Shown here: in pieces, positions 34,476 through 45,912 of the stretch
Layout of the letters: every line of letters starts with the position of its first letter
How positions within the stretch are numbered: the stretch's first letter is position 1
Assembly: GCA_963747235.1 (NCBI GenBank)
Contig: CAVVEU010000027.1
Location: forward strand, 1 to 64,000
Direction of reading: 5' to 3'
Length of the DNA: 64,000 nt
From: an uncultured Candidatus Rokubacteria bacterium
Lineage (GTDB): Bacteria; Methylomirabilota; Methylomirabilia; Rokubacteriales; CSP1-6
Notes under the pieces: generated by a model
Seen by the model: the letters and a program-made list of their open reading frames with translations, nothing else
Told to the model about the DNA's origin: nothing
Database searches by the model: none
Program-made: the position numbers and the translations under genes

Positions 34476-35260
34476 TGAGCGAGCCCGAGGCGAACGCCAG
34501 CCCCGAGGCCGCGGGGATCGATGAGCACGGCAAGATGTCGTTCTTCGACCACCTGACGGAGCTGCGCACCCGCATCGTCTGGAGCCTCATCCCCTCGGCC
34601 ATCGGACTCGGCATCTCGCTGTACTTCACCACCGCGGTGATGAAGTTCCTCACGCGCGATCTCAAGACCGAGCTGGTCTTCACCACGCCCACCGAGGCCT
34701 TCTGGACGTACATGAAGGTGGCCATGATCATGGGCCTCTTCATCGCGATGCCGATCATCCTCTGGAACGTGTGGGCCTTCGTGGCCCCGGGCCTGCACAA
34801 GCACGAGCGCAAGTACGCGGCGCCCTTCGTGATCGTCGGGTCGCTGCTCTTCATCGCGGGCGGGGCGTTCGCGCTCTTCGTGATCGTGCCCTTCGCGATC
34901 GACTTCCTGGTGAGCTTCGGGCAGGACCAGGGCCTCAAGGCCATGATCACGGTCTCGAGCTACGTCGACTTCATCTTGAAGTTCACGCTGGCCTTCGGGG
35001 TGGTGTTCGAGATGCCGGTGGTGATCACGCTGCTGTCCATGCTCGGCATCGTGACGCCCCAGTTCCTCTCCAAGAACCGGAAGTACGCGATCCTGATCAA
35101 CTTCATCATCGCGGCCGTGCTGACCCCGACCCCCGACATCGTGAACCAGTCCCTGATGGCCGGCCCGCTCATCATCCTGTACGAGATCGGCATCATCTGC
35201 GCCCGCGTGGTCACGCGGAGGAAGGCCAGGCCGCCGAAGGCCGAGGAGGTCGCGAAGTGA
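34475..35260 (+). CDS. tatC: Twin-arginine translocase subunit TatC
   Basis: HLTELRTR, FVAPGL..HE, FEMP, AVLTPTPD, LYEIG. Confidence 0.95.
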   Translation: MSEPEANASPEAAGIDEHGKMSFFDHLTELRTRIVWSLIPSAIGLGISLYFTTAVMKFLTRDLKTELVFTTPTEAFWTYMKVAMIMGLFIAMPIILWNVWAFVAPGLHKHERKYAAPFVIVGSLLFIAGGAFALFVIVPFAIDFLVSFGQDQGLKAMITVSSYVDFILKFTLAFGVVFEMPVVITLLSMLGIVTPQFLSKNRKYAILINFIIAAVLTPTPDIVNQSLMAGPLIILYEIGIICARVVTRRKARPPKAEEVAK

Positions 35261-36585
35261 GCCCGCTCTCGTTCTCGGCGCTGGACCTGCCCGGGCCGGT
35301 GCGCCGCGGCATCGAGGACGCGGGCTTCGCCGCCACCACCGCCATCCAGGAGGCGGCCCTGCCGCTCGCCCTGCGGGGCAAGGACGTGGCCGGCCAGTCC
35401 CAGACCGGCACCGGCAAGACCGCCGCCTTCCTGATCGCGGCCTTCACGCGTTGCCTGACCTACCCCGCCCCCGCCCGCAGCGGCGCGACCGCGCCCCGCG
35501 TGCTCATCATCGCGCCCACCCGCGAGCTGGTGGTGCAGATCGAGGCGGACGCGCGGCTGCTCGGCGCGCACACCGGCCTGCGTATCCTCTCGGTCTACGG
35601 GGGCATCGACTACAACAAGCAGCGCGAGGACCTCCGGGAGGGCTGCGACGTGCTGGTCGGCACGCCGGGCCGGCTCATCGACTATCTGAAACAGCACGTG
35701 TGGTCGCCGGCCCGCGTCGAGGTGCTCGTCATCGACGAGGCCGACCGGATGTTCGACATGGGGTTCATCGCCGACCTCCGCTTCATCCTGCGGCGGCTGC
35801 CCAAGCCGGAGAAGCGGCAGTCGTTCCTGTTCTCGGCCACGCTTTCGTTCCGGGTGATGGAGCTGACCTGGGAGTTCATGAACAATCCGGTCCAGATCAG
35901 CATCACCCCGCAGCAGAAGACGGTGGAGAAGGCGGAGCAGGTGCTCTACCACGTCGGCCGGGAGGAGAAGTTCAATCTTCTCCTGGGGCTCCTGCGCCGC
36001 GAGGGCGGCAGCCGCATCCTGATCTTCTCGAACACGCGCGAGGAAGCGCGGCGGCTCGAGGATCGCCTGGGCCGGAACGGCTGGCAGGCCCGCGCGCTGA
36101 CCGGCGACGTGGACCAGAAGAAGCGGCTCAAGATCCTGAACGACTTCAAGGACGGGCAGCTCCCGATCCTGGTCGCCACCGACGTGGCGTCGCGGGGTCT
36201 CCACATCGAGGGCGTGAGCCACGTCGTCAACTGGGACATGCCGCAGGACGCCGAGGACTACGTGCACCGCATCGGGCGCACCGCGCGGGCGGGCGCGGCC
36301 GGCAAGGCGATCAGCCTGGTGGACGAGGCGGGCGCGCTCGCGCTCGAGCCCATCGAGAAGTTCATCAGCCAGAAGATCCACGTGGACTGGGCGGAGGACG
36401 AGCTCTACCTGCCCGAGATCAAGCCCACCAGCGAGGAGCGCCGTCGCTACGCCGAGGAGAAGCGCGCGCGCATGGCGGCCCGCGGCGGCAGCGGTGGGCG
36501 GGGCGGCGGCCCGGGACGTCCGGGCGGTGGCGGCGGGGGCGGCCGGCGCGACGGGCGCTCCTCCGGCCGCGGCCCGCGCCGCTAG
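35257..36585 (+). CDS. DEAD-box RNA helicase (RhlB-like) with RGG tail
   Basis: QTGTGKT, PTREL, DEADRMFD, SAT, HRIGRTAR. Confidence 0.93.
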   Translation: MSPLSFSALDLPGPVRRGIEDAGFAATTAIQEAALPLALRGKDVAGQSQTGTGKTAAFLIAAFTRCLTYPAPARSGATAPRVLIIAPTRELVVQIEADARLLGAHTGLRILSVYGGIDYNKQREDLREGCDVLVGTPGRLIDYLKQHVWSPARVEVLVIDEADRMFDMGFIADLRFILRRLPKPEKRQSFLFSATLSFRVMELTWEFMNNPVQISITPQQKTVEKAEQVLYHVGREEKFNLLLGLLRREGGSRILIFSNTREEARRLEDRLGRNGWQARALTGDVDQKKRLKILNDFKDGQLPILVATDVASRGLHIEGVSHVVNWDMPQDAEDYVHRIGRTARAGAAGKAISLVDEAGALALEPIEKFISQKIHVDWAEDELYLPEIKPTSEERRRYAEEKRARMAARGGSGGRGGGPGRPGGGGGGGRRDGRSSGRGPRR

Positions 36586-36589
36586 CTCC

Positions 36590-37284
36590 CCTCTCCCCGC
36601 GGGCGCGCGATCGACCTCCGCCTGCGACTGCCGACCCGGAGCGTCGCCTCGCCGCCACGCTGGCCACCGGGTGGCGCGACTTCCTCTACGCCCCCGGTCC
36701 CGGCTTCATCTCGCCGCTCGATCCCGGGCGCCTACCGCTCGAGCTTCGTGGTCGTCCCGACCCAGCGGCCCGGCGGTCCGCGTCTCGTCTCTCGTCGTGC
36801 CCGCCTTCGGCGGCGACCTGTGTCGCCTTCGGCTCGAGGCGCTCGAGCGCGACCCCTCCGAGAGCTTCGGCTCCTTCTTCGAGGTCACGCGGACCGGCCG
36901 CGTCTACGCGCTGACGCCCGATCGCTCGGCGGCGGCCGCGCGGGCTCCCGAGCGGGCGGAGTGGCGCTACGAGGGCCCGGCGCTGGCCTCCCGGCTCGGT
37001 CGGATCAGCGGCCTGCGGCTGCTTCGCGAGCGGGTCCGCGGCCGGGACTTTTCCTGGCAGGCGGACCGCGGGCCGTGCTCACGGACGCCGCCGGCGGGCG
37101 AGTGTCTTCTGCTGAGCGGGGCGAGCCGTCGGAGACCGCGCTCTTCCTGCCGTCGCCCGGTCTGTTCCGCGCCGTCCTCGACCCGGGCGCTCCGCCAACC
37201 CCCGGGGTGACGTGCGCGACCTGCTCGGCTACGGCGCGTGGCCCGGCGACCTCGATGATCACGGTGGAGCTGCTCCCCTTGTAA
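36590..37284 (+). CDS. Hypothetical protein, several frameshifts, start unclear
   Basis: Protein-like segments switch frames (GWRDFLYAPG; VVPAFGGDLCRLRLE; ETALFLPSPGLFR). Confidence 0.35.
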
Positions 37285-37380
37285 CCGGGTGGGCGCGGGG
37301 TCGAGGCTGGCACGGTCGCACGGGGAGGTGTAGGGTGACCCCGATCATCCGCGAGCCATTCCTGTGACAAGGAGGAATCC

Positions 37381-37893
37381 ATGGCGACCAAGACCAAGGC
37401 GACGGCGTCGAAGAGGCCGGTGTCGCGAAAGCCGGCCAAGGTGAAGCCGATCCCCGACGGATACCATTCGATCACGCCGTACGTGATCATCGACGGCGCC
37501 GCCCGCGCCATCGAGTTCTACAAGCAGGCCTTCGGCGCGAAGGAGCTCATGCGCATCCCGTCGCCCGGCGACGGATCGGGCACGCCGAGATCAAGGTCGG
37601 CGACTCCGTGATCATGCTGGCCGACGAGCACCCCGAGATGGACGCGCGGGCCCCACGCACTACGGCGGCTCCCCGGTCAGCCTCTGATCTACGTGACGGA
37701 CGTGGACAAGCAGTTCAAGCAGGCCCTCGCCGCCGGCGGCACCGAGGTGCGGCCGGTGACGGACCAGTTCTACGGCGATCGCTCGGGCACGCTCCGGGAT
37801 CCCTTCGGCCACACCTGGCACATCTACACGCACACCGAGGACGTCAGCCCGGCCGAGCTGAAGCGCCGCATGGCGGCGATGAAGAAGGACTAG
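37381..37893 (+). CDS. VOC / glyoxalase (PhnB-like) protein, frameshifted
   Basis: AAGGAGG SD, IPDGYHSITPY, FYKQAFGA, DQFYGDRSG..DPFGH. Confidence 0.88.
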
Positions 37894-37895
37894 CC

Positions 37896-38287
37896 GGGGT
37901 CAGGTCTTGAATTACGACATTTCCTGACTGGTGGGTGTGCCTTGATTGGCACACTTGAGGGCGCAGACGCCGGAGCGGTAGCGTGGACGCCATGTCCCGG
38001 CCGCTCCGGCTCCAGCTCCCTGGCGGGTTTTGGCAGCCACCGTCGCCCGCTATCGCGTGCTGTGTCACGCTAAGGCCGAGCGGAATGCCCGCGTTGTCGT
38101 GGCGGTTCGGTACCACGGGTACTCGATGAGGGAGGTCGCGGAATTTCTAGGCCGCCACTACGCCACGGTAAGCCGCATCCTGGCCCACGCGGCCGGAATG
38201 TCGTATCGCAAGACCTGACCCAAGATCTAGAACCTGGACAGGCCTCCGCGCCTGGGTCGAAAATGTCGCAATTCAAGACCTGACCCC
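37896..38287. mobile_element. Internally deleted RAYT (Y1 HUH transposase) element with terminal inverted repeats
   Basis: 27 bp inverted repeats 37896-37922 and 38261-38287 (one mismatch); third partial copy near 38197-38221; fragments MSRPLRLQLPGGFW, LAATVARYRVLCHA and [20 protein letters not shown]. Confidence 0.8.
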
Positions 38288-38290
38288 GGG

Positions 38291-40091
<1,801 letters not shown>

Positions 40092-40190
40092 GGCTTTCAC
40101 TGTACCACGGATGGAGTGGCGAACCAGCGCGCGGCTGGGGCATAATGACGAGTCCAATCCGGCGTCCCACGTTGCCAAGGAGGCTCATTC

Positions 40191-40772
40191 GTGAAGGCTC
40201 GCGTCGCCATCATCGCGCTCGTCGCGCTGTTCGTCACGCTCGTGCTGCCCGTCCCCGGCCCGATCGGGCCCGTCGGCGCCCAGCAGCCGACCCCACCCGC
40301 ACCCAAGGAAGCCCCCAAAGGAGGCAAGAAGGTGAAACAGACGGCCGTCATCACCATGGAGAAGGGCGGCGAGATCGCGCTCGAGTTCTTTCCGGAGGAT
40401 GCGCCCAAGACGGTGGAGAACTTCGTGACGCTGGCCAAGAAGGGCTACTACGACGGGGTGACCTTCCACCGCGTGGAGCCGAACTTCGTGGTCCAGGGCG
40501 GCGATCCCAAGGGCAACGGCACCGGGGGCCCCGGCTACACCATCAAGGACGAGTTCAACAAGCAGAAGCACGTCCGCGGCGTGCTGGCGATGGCGCGCAC
40601 CCAGGCCCCGAACTCGGCGGGCAGCCAGTTCTACATCACGCTGGCCCCCGCCCACTTCCTGGACGGCCAGTACACCGTCTTCGGGCGGGTGACCTCGGGC
40701 ATGGAGATCGTGGACAAGATCAAGGTGGGCGACAAGATGAAGTCGGTGAAGATCACCGAAGCCCCCCAGTAA
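40191..40772 (+). CDS. Cyclophilin-type peptidyl-prolyl isomerase with signal/anchor
   Basis: APKTVENF, FHRV, QGGDP, GSQFYI, LDGQYTVFG. Confidence 0.93.
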   Translation: MKARVAIIALVALFVTLVLPVPGPIGPVGAQQPTPPAPKEAPKGGKKVKQTAVITMEKGGEIALEFFPEDAPKTVENFVTLAKKGYYDGVTFHRVEPNFVVQGGDPKGNGTGGPGYTIKDEFNKQKHVRGVLAMARTQAPNSAGSQFYITLAPAHFLDGQYTVFGRVTSGMEIVDKIKVGDKMKSVKITEAPQ

Positions 40773-40776
40773 CGCC

Positions 40777-42376
40777 ATGCCCTGGTCGCTCCTGATCCGG
40801 AACGGCACGGTGGTGGACGGCAGCGGCGCGCCCGCGCGCGCCGCCGACGTCGCGGTGGAGGGCGATCGCATCGCGGCGGTGGGGCCGGGGCTGGCCGGCG
40901 AGGCGGATCGGGTGATCGACGCCAAGGGCCTGATGGTCGCCCCCGGCTTCATCGACATCCACTCGCACTCGGACCTGGTCTACGACAAGTGCCCGTCGGC
41001 CGAGTCCAAGGTGCGCCAGGGCGTCACCACCGAGGTGGTCGGCATGTGCAGCTTCTCGCCGGCCCCGGTCGCCCCGGGCCGCGCGGATCTGGTGCAGGAG
41101 TGGGCGGGTGGCATCGGCGGCAAGATCCCCATCACCTGGAACACCTTCGGCGAGTACCTCGATCACCTGCGGGCGCTCGGCCCCTCGGTGAACATCGTGC
41201 AGTTCGTGGGCCACGGGGCGCTGCGGCTGGCCGCGGTCGGGGCCGCGGCGCGCGCGGTGACGCCGGAGGAGCAGCAGGGCATGGAGCGGCTGCTCGCGGA
41301 AGCGCTCGACGCGGGCGCCTTCGGCTTCTCCACCGGGCTCGTGTACGCGCCCAGCGTCTACGGCAACACCGACGAGCTGGTGGGGCTCGCCCGCAGCATG
41401 GCGAGCCGCGGCGGGCTCTACTTCTCGCACATCCGGGGCGAGGCGGCCACGCTCGAGCAGGCGGCCGAGGAAGCCATCACGATCGGCGAGCGGGGCGGGG
41501 TGCCGGTGCAGATCGCCCACGTGAAGGCCTCGGGCCGCGAGAACTGGGGCAAGATGGACCGCGTCCTGCGCCTGATCGACGGCGCCCGCGCCCGCGGCGT
41601 GGACGTGACCGGCGACGTCTATCCCTACCCGGCGGGCAGCACCAAGATGGACAACCTGCTCCCGTCGTGGATGCACGACGGCGGCATCTCGAAGCTGCTC
41701 GAGCGGCTCACCGATCCCAAGGCGCGGCAGCGCGCGATCGGCGACTGCCTGGTGGACGGCGAGCGCTGGCGCACCGGCTCGGGCGGCATGGGCTGGGACG
41801 AGATCATGATCGCCACGTGCTCGAAGCCGGAGCTGGCCGGCATCCACATCGCGGAGCTGGCCCGGCGCACCGGCAAGGAGCCGGCCCAGGCCATGATGGA
41901 TCTGGTGATGGAGGAGCGCGCCGGCGTCTCGATGGTGGTCTTCTCCCAGAGCGAGGAGAACGTGGGCACCGCGCTCGAGCTACGCCCACAACATGGTGGG
42001 CTCGGACTCGCTGTCGCTGCACGCCGGCCCGGGTCCGCATCCCGGCAAGCCCCACCCGCGCAGCTACGGGACGTTCCCGCGCGTGCTCGGCGTCTACTGC
42101 CGCGAGAAGCGGCTCTTCTCCTGGGAGACCGCGGTGCACAAGATGACCGGCATGCCCGCGACCAAGCTCGGCCTGAAGGACCGCGGGGTGGTGCAGGGCG
42201 GCCGCGCCGCCGACCTGACGCTCTTCGATCCGGCCACGGTGCGCGACGAGGCGACGTTCCCGGATCCGCACCGCCATCCGGTCGGCATCCCCTACGTCAT
42301 CGTCAACGGCCGGGTGGTGGTGGACGGCGCCCGCTACCACGCGGTGCCGGCCGGCCGCGTGCTGACGCCTCAGTAG
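40777..42376 (+). CDS. N-acyl-D-amino-acid deacylase (frameshift near 41980)
   Basis: PGFIDIHSHSD, STGLVYAP, DVYPY, HPRSYGTFPR. Confidence 0.9.
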
Positions 42377-42732
42377 CTCACGCAGGGAGTGCCGTCGGAG
42401 AGAAACTCGACGAGCTTGGCGCCGCCCCCGATCGTGGCGCCGGCCACCAGGTTGTTCTCGTCGAGCTTGCGCTTCTTGAAGCAGGGCGAGCAGACCAGCA
42501 TCGAGCCGCCCGCCTTGACCAGGTTCTCCATCAGCTCCTTGAGCGGGGCGAAGCCCTCTTCGCGGATGTCATCCGCGTAGCCCTTCTGAGCAAGGCGGAC
42601 TCCCTCGATGCTGAGAAAGACCAGGGTCTCCTTGCCGGATCCGGCGGCCGCATTGGCGATGACGAAGGCCACCGTCGCCTTGTCGGGGTTGTCCTTGGCA
42701 CAGGTGAGGTTCACGCAGAACTTGGTGGCCAT
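42370..42732 (-). CDS. DsrE family protein
   Basis: ATVAFVIANAA, FLSIEGV, VCSPC. Confidence 0.85.
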   Translation of the reverse strand: MATKFCVNLTCAKDNPDKATVAFVIANAAAGSGKETLVFLSIEGVRLAQKGYADDIREEGFAPLKELMENLVKAGGSMLVCSPCFKKRKLDENNLVAGATIGGGAKLVEFLSDGTPCVSY

Positions 42733-42735
42733 GGC

Positions 42736-42972
42736 TCAATTCTCCTTGCGCTGGATGAGGTAGACCGGGGGCTGTCCCCCGACCAGCGCGTGTCCGGTCA
42801 TCCGGCACCAGGCCGGGATGTCGGCCGGCGCGCCCGGATCGCGGGCCGTCAGCCTCATGATCTGCCCCGGCTTCATGGTGTCAAGACGGAAGCGCAGCTC
42901 GAGGATCAGCTCTCCGCATCCGAGGTGGCCGGCGTCCCATTCGGCGCCCATCCGGGCCGCCGCGTGACCCAC
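42736..42972 (-). CDS. TusA/SirA family sulfurtransferase
   Basis: DAGHLGCGE, DPGAPADIPAWCRMTGH; alternative start ATG 42951. Confidence 0.85.
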   Translation of the reverse strand: MGHAAARMGAEWDAGHLGCGELILELRFRLDTMKPGQIMRLTARDPGAPADIPAWCRMTGHALVGGQPPVYLIQRKEN

Positions 42973-43905
42973 TAGGCGGCCCAGCGGTGGTCGCGCAGGT
43001 ACTCGACCGCGGCGAGGGCGGCGGTGGCCCCGTCGCCGGCCGAGGTCACGAGCTGGCGCGCGGACTCGGCGCGCACGTCGCCCGCGGCGAGGATGCCCGG
43101 GACCCGCGTGCGCATGCGCAGGTCGGTCACGATCTGCCCGCGCGCGTCGAGCGGCACGAGGCCGCCCAGGAACTCGGTGTTGGGCGTGAGCCCCGCGTAG
43201 ATGAACACGCCGCTGGCCGCGCAGGGTGGCGGTCTTGCCGCTCGTCAGGTCCTCGACCTGCACGCGCTCGACGCCGTCCGCGCCCTCGATCGCACGGAGC
43301 GCGGTGTTCCACCGGAAGGAGATCTTGCGCTCGCCGCGCCCCCGCTCCTGGAGGCTCGCGCAGGCGCGCAGGGTGTCGCGGCGGTGCAGCACGGTGACCG
43401 AGGAGGCGTACTGGGTGAGATGGATCGCCTCGTCCACCGCCGCGTCGCCGCCGCCCACCACGATCACCGGCTTCTCCATGAAGAAGGAGCCGTCGCAGGA
43501 GGCGCAGTGCGAGAGGCCGCGCCCCAGGAACTCCTCCTCGCCCGGGACGCCGAGCGTGGTGAAGCGCGAGCCGCTCGCGACGATCAGCGTCCGCGTCGTG
43601 TGGGCGCCACCGTCCGTCTCGACGTGCAGCAGGTCGCCGTCGCGATGCACCGCGGTGACCTCGTTCATCGCGATCTGGAGCCCGGCCGCGGTGGCCTGCT
43701 CCTGGAGCAGCGGGCCCAGGGTGTAGCCGGCCACGCCCTGGGGGAAGCCGGGGAAGTTGGTGATGTGCTCGCAGTTGAGCACCTGGCCCCCGGAGGAGAA
43801 CTTCTCGAGCAGCAGCGCGCGGCGGCGATCGCGGGCGGCGAAGATGCCGGCGGTGTAGCCGGCGGCCCCGCCGCCCACGATCAGGACGTCCAGGACGTCC
43901 GCCAT
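42972..43905 (-). CDS. Thioredoxin reductase-like flavoprotein (frameshift near 43220)
   Basis: GGGAAG, CASCD redox motif, GGGDAA, HRRD, AAGDVR. Confidence 0.9.
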
Positions 43906-43920
43906 GCGCTGGGTCGCGGC

Positions 43921-44424
43921 CTAGAGCTGCTTCAGCATCGAGTCGGCGTCGCTCACCTCGAACTTGCCGGGCGCCTCGACGTTCAGCGACTTGACCACGC
44001 CGTTGTCCAGCAGCATCGAGTAGCGCTGCGAGCGCACCCCCATGCCGCGGGCGGTGAGATCCATCTCGAGGCCCATCGCCTTCGTGAGCGCGGCGCTGCC
44101 GTCGGCCATCATCCGGACCTTGCCGGTGCTCTTCTGATCCTTGGCCCACGCGCCCATGACGAAGGCGTCGTTGACCGACACGCACCACACTTCGTCGACG
44201 CCCTTGCCCTTGAGCTTGTCGATGTTGGCCACGTAGCTCGGCACGTGCTTGGCCGAGCAGGTGGGGGTGAAGGCGCCCGGCAGGCCGAAGACCACGATCT
44301 TCTTGCCCTTGGTCAGGTCGCCCACCTGGAAGGCGTTCGGGCCCACGGTGCAGCCCGGGGTCTCCTGCTCGATGAACTCCGTCAGCGTGCCATCCGGCAC
44401 GCGGTCACCAACTTTGATCGCCAT
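43921..44424 (-). CDS. Peroxiredoxin, Prx5 type
   Basis: PGAFTPTCS, VNDAFVM, RSQRY. Confidence 0.93.
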   Translation of the reverse strand: MAIKVGDRVPDGTLTEFIEQETPGCTVGPNAFQVGDLTKGKKIVVFGLPGAFTPTCSAKHVPSYVANIDKLKGKGVDEVWCVSVNDAFVMGAWAKDQKSTGKVRMMADGSAALTKAMGLEMDLTARGMGVRSQRYSMLLDNGVVKSLNVEAPGKFEVSDADSMLKQL

Positions 44425-44563
44425 GAGTGTCTCCTCCTCGAGGGTGGTGAGTGCGCGGCGGCCCGCTCGCGCGTTTCAGCGGGCGGCGGTTAGGGTACCA
44501 CAGCCGACCCGTGGCTGTCGGGCTCGTGTCGTGCGCCGGGCGACGCCCGGCGGGGCGCGGAGC

Positions 44564-44821
44564 TCATGTAAATCCGCGTTTCCGCTGGCGATGAGCGCGC
44601 CGACTCGCCGGGCCGCGAGCATCCTTCACCCGCCGCGCGCCGGCCCCGGCGAAGAACGCAAGCAGGCGCAGCCTGATAGTCCGGGAGATCGTGCCGCGGG
44701 CCGCGCGCAGGAGCTCGTTCCGGCGCACCCCGACGCGGGCGGCCTTCTCCTCCAGAGAGGCGCCGGGCTCGGCCACGTAGGCCTGGACCAGGCGCGCGAG
44801 CTGGATGCTGGAGAGGGCCAT
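44564..44821 (-). CDS. Small basic HTH-like hypothetical protein
   Basis: SLEEKAARVGVRRNELLRAARG resembles an HTH; TACCAT -10 element upstream. Confidence 0.5.
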   Translation of the reverse strand: MALSSIQLARLVQAYVAEPGASLEEKAARVGVRRNELLRAARGTISRTIRLRLLAFFAGAGARRVKDARGPASRRAHRQRKRGFT

Positions 44822-44876
44822 CCCAGGCGGATGGTAGCGGCTTCAGGGCGCCTTCGGGCGGGGAATCTGCTATAAG

Positions 44877-44894
44877 TATGCTCCATGAAGCATA
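44877..44894. promoter_or_regulatory. Palindromic operator candidate, site 1
   Basis: TATGC-tccatgaa-GCATA overlapping the start of the MucR-like gene. Confidence 0.55.
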
Positions 44895-45169
44895 GTGTCG
44901 AGATCGAGCCGATCCGGGCCGAGCTCGCCGAGCTGCGGCGCGACCCGCGGCGGGCGGTACGCGAGGACGAGATCGTCTGCCTGGTGTGCGGGCGGGCCTT
45001 CCGCCAGATCACGAACACGCACTTGCTCTCGCACGGCCTGACCTCGGCCGACTACAAGCGCGAGCACGGCTACAATCCGGGCCGCGCGATGATGTGTCAC
45101 GCCCTGCGCCGTGTCTACACGGCGCGCGCGGGACGTTTCGCCAGCGAGTCTCCCGCCCCCGACGTCTGA
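44885..45169 (+). CDS. MucR/Ros family zinc-finger protein
   Basis: IVCLVCGRAFRQITNTHLLSHGLTSADYK. Confidence 0.8.
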   Translation: MKHSVEIEPIRAELAELRRDPRRAVREDEIVCLVCGRAFRQITNTHLLSHGLTSADYKREHGYNPGRAMMCHALRRVYTARAGRFASESPAPDV

Positions 45170-45224
45170 GCTCGGCCCGGCCCCGACTGGCCGACGCCTG
45201 CGCCCTTCAGTAAGATGCGCCCTG

Positions 45225-45557
45225 ATGAAGCCCAAGCTCCGGGTGTGGGTCACGTTCGGCGAGGATCTCAAGTTCGGGGACGGGCGCGCCCGTCTCCTCG
45301 CGCTGATCGACGAGCGCGGCTCGCTCAAGAAGGCGGCCCAGGAGCTCGAGATGTCCTACCGCAACGCGTGGGGCTACCTGCGCGATCTCGAGGAGGCGGC
45401 CGGCTTCAAGTTCGTCGAGCGGGTGCCGGGGGGCGGGCCCGAGAGCGGCATGCGGCTCACCAAGGCCGGCAAGCGCTTCCTGGAGCGCTACCAGAAGTTC
45501 CGGAGCGGCCTCGACGAGGCGGCCCGGAAGCAGTTCGACCGCGCCTTCGGCGCGTGA
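45225..45557 (+). CDS. ModE-like winged-helix regulator lacking TOBE domains
   Basis: KLRVW, FGDGRARLL, GSLKKAAQELEMSYRNAW, GGG, LTKAG. Confidence 0.88.
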   Translation: MKPKLRVWVTFGEDLKFGDGRARLLALIDERGSLKKAAQELEMSYRNAWGYLRDLEEAAGFKFVERVPGGGPESGMRLTKAGKRFLERYQKFRSGLDEAARKQFDRAFGA

Positions 45558-45899
45558 GCCCCGAGGCGAAGTATCTCTACCTGACCACGATCGGCCGGCG
45601 TAGCGGGCTTCCGCGGCAGATCGAGATCTGGTTCACGCGCCATGCGCGGCCGCTACTACCTGGTCGCCGAGCACGGACTGAGGGCGCACTGGGTGCGGAA
45701 TCTCCTCGCGGAGCCCGCGGTGCGCGCGCGCGTCGGCCGCCGGTCCTTCCGCGGGCGCGCCCGCGTGGTGGATGCGCGGGCGGAGCGCGAGCTCGTCGCG
45801 GCCATCCGGGAGCGGTCGGAGGCCAAGTACGGCTGGGGCGCCGGCCTCGTCGTCGAGATCGCCCCGGCGGCGCGCCGCGGGCGGGCGGCGAAGCGCTAG
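45554..45899 (+). CDS. Deazaflavin-dependent nitroreductase (DDN-like) family protein, frameshifted
   Basis: LTTIGRRSGLPR, WVRNLLAEP.V. Confidence 0.75.
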
Positions 45900-45912
45900 C
45901 CGTGCGCCTGGA

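Noticed and set aside
37896-38287. Repeats considered as a CRISPR array
   Set aside because: Only three copies, in inverted arrangement with irregular spacing, and no cas genes.
42736-43905. Apparent TrxR-TusA fusion ORF
   Set aside because: The true TrxR C-terminus is in another frame (42972-43208) with its own stop; the joining sequence is off-frame.
44440-44560. GC-rich hairpins upstream of the peroxiredoxin gene as a structured RNA
   Set aside because: Short stems are expected by chance at this GC content and I recognised no family features.
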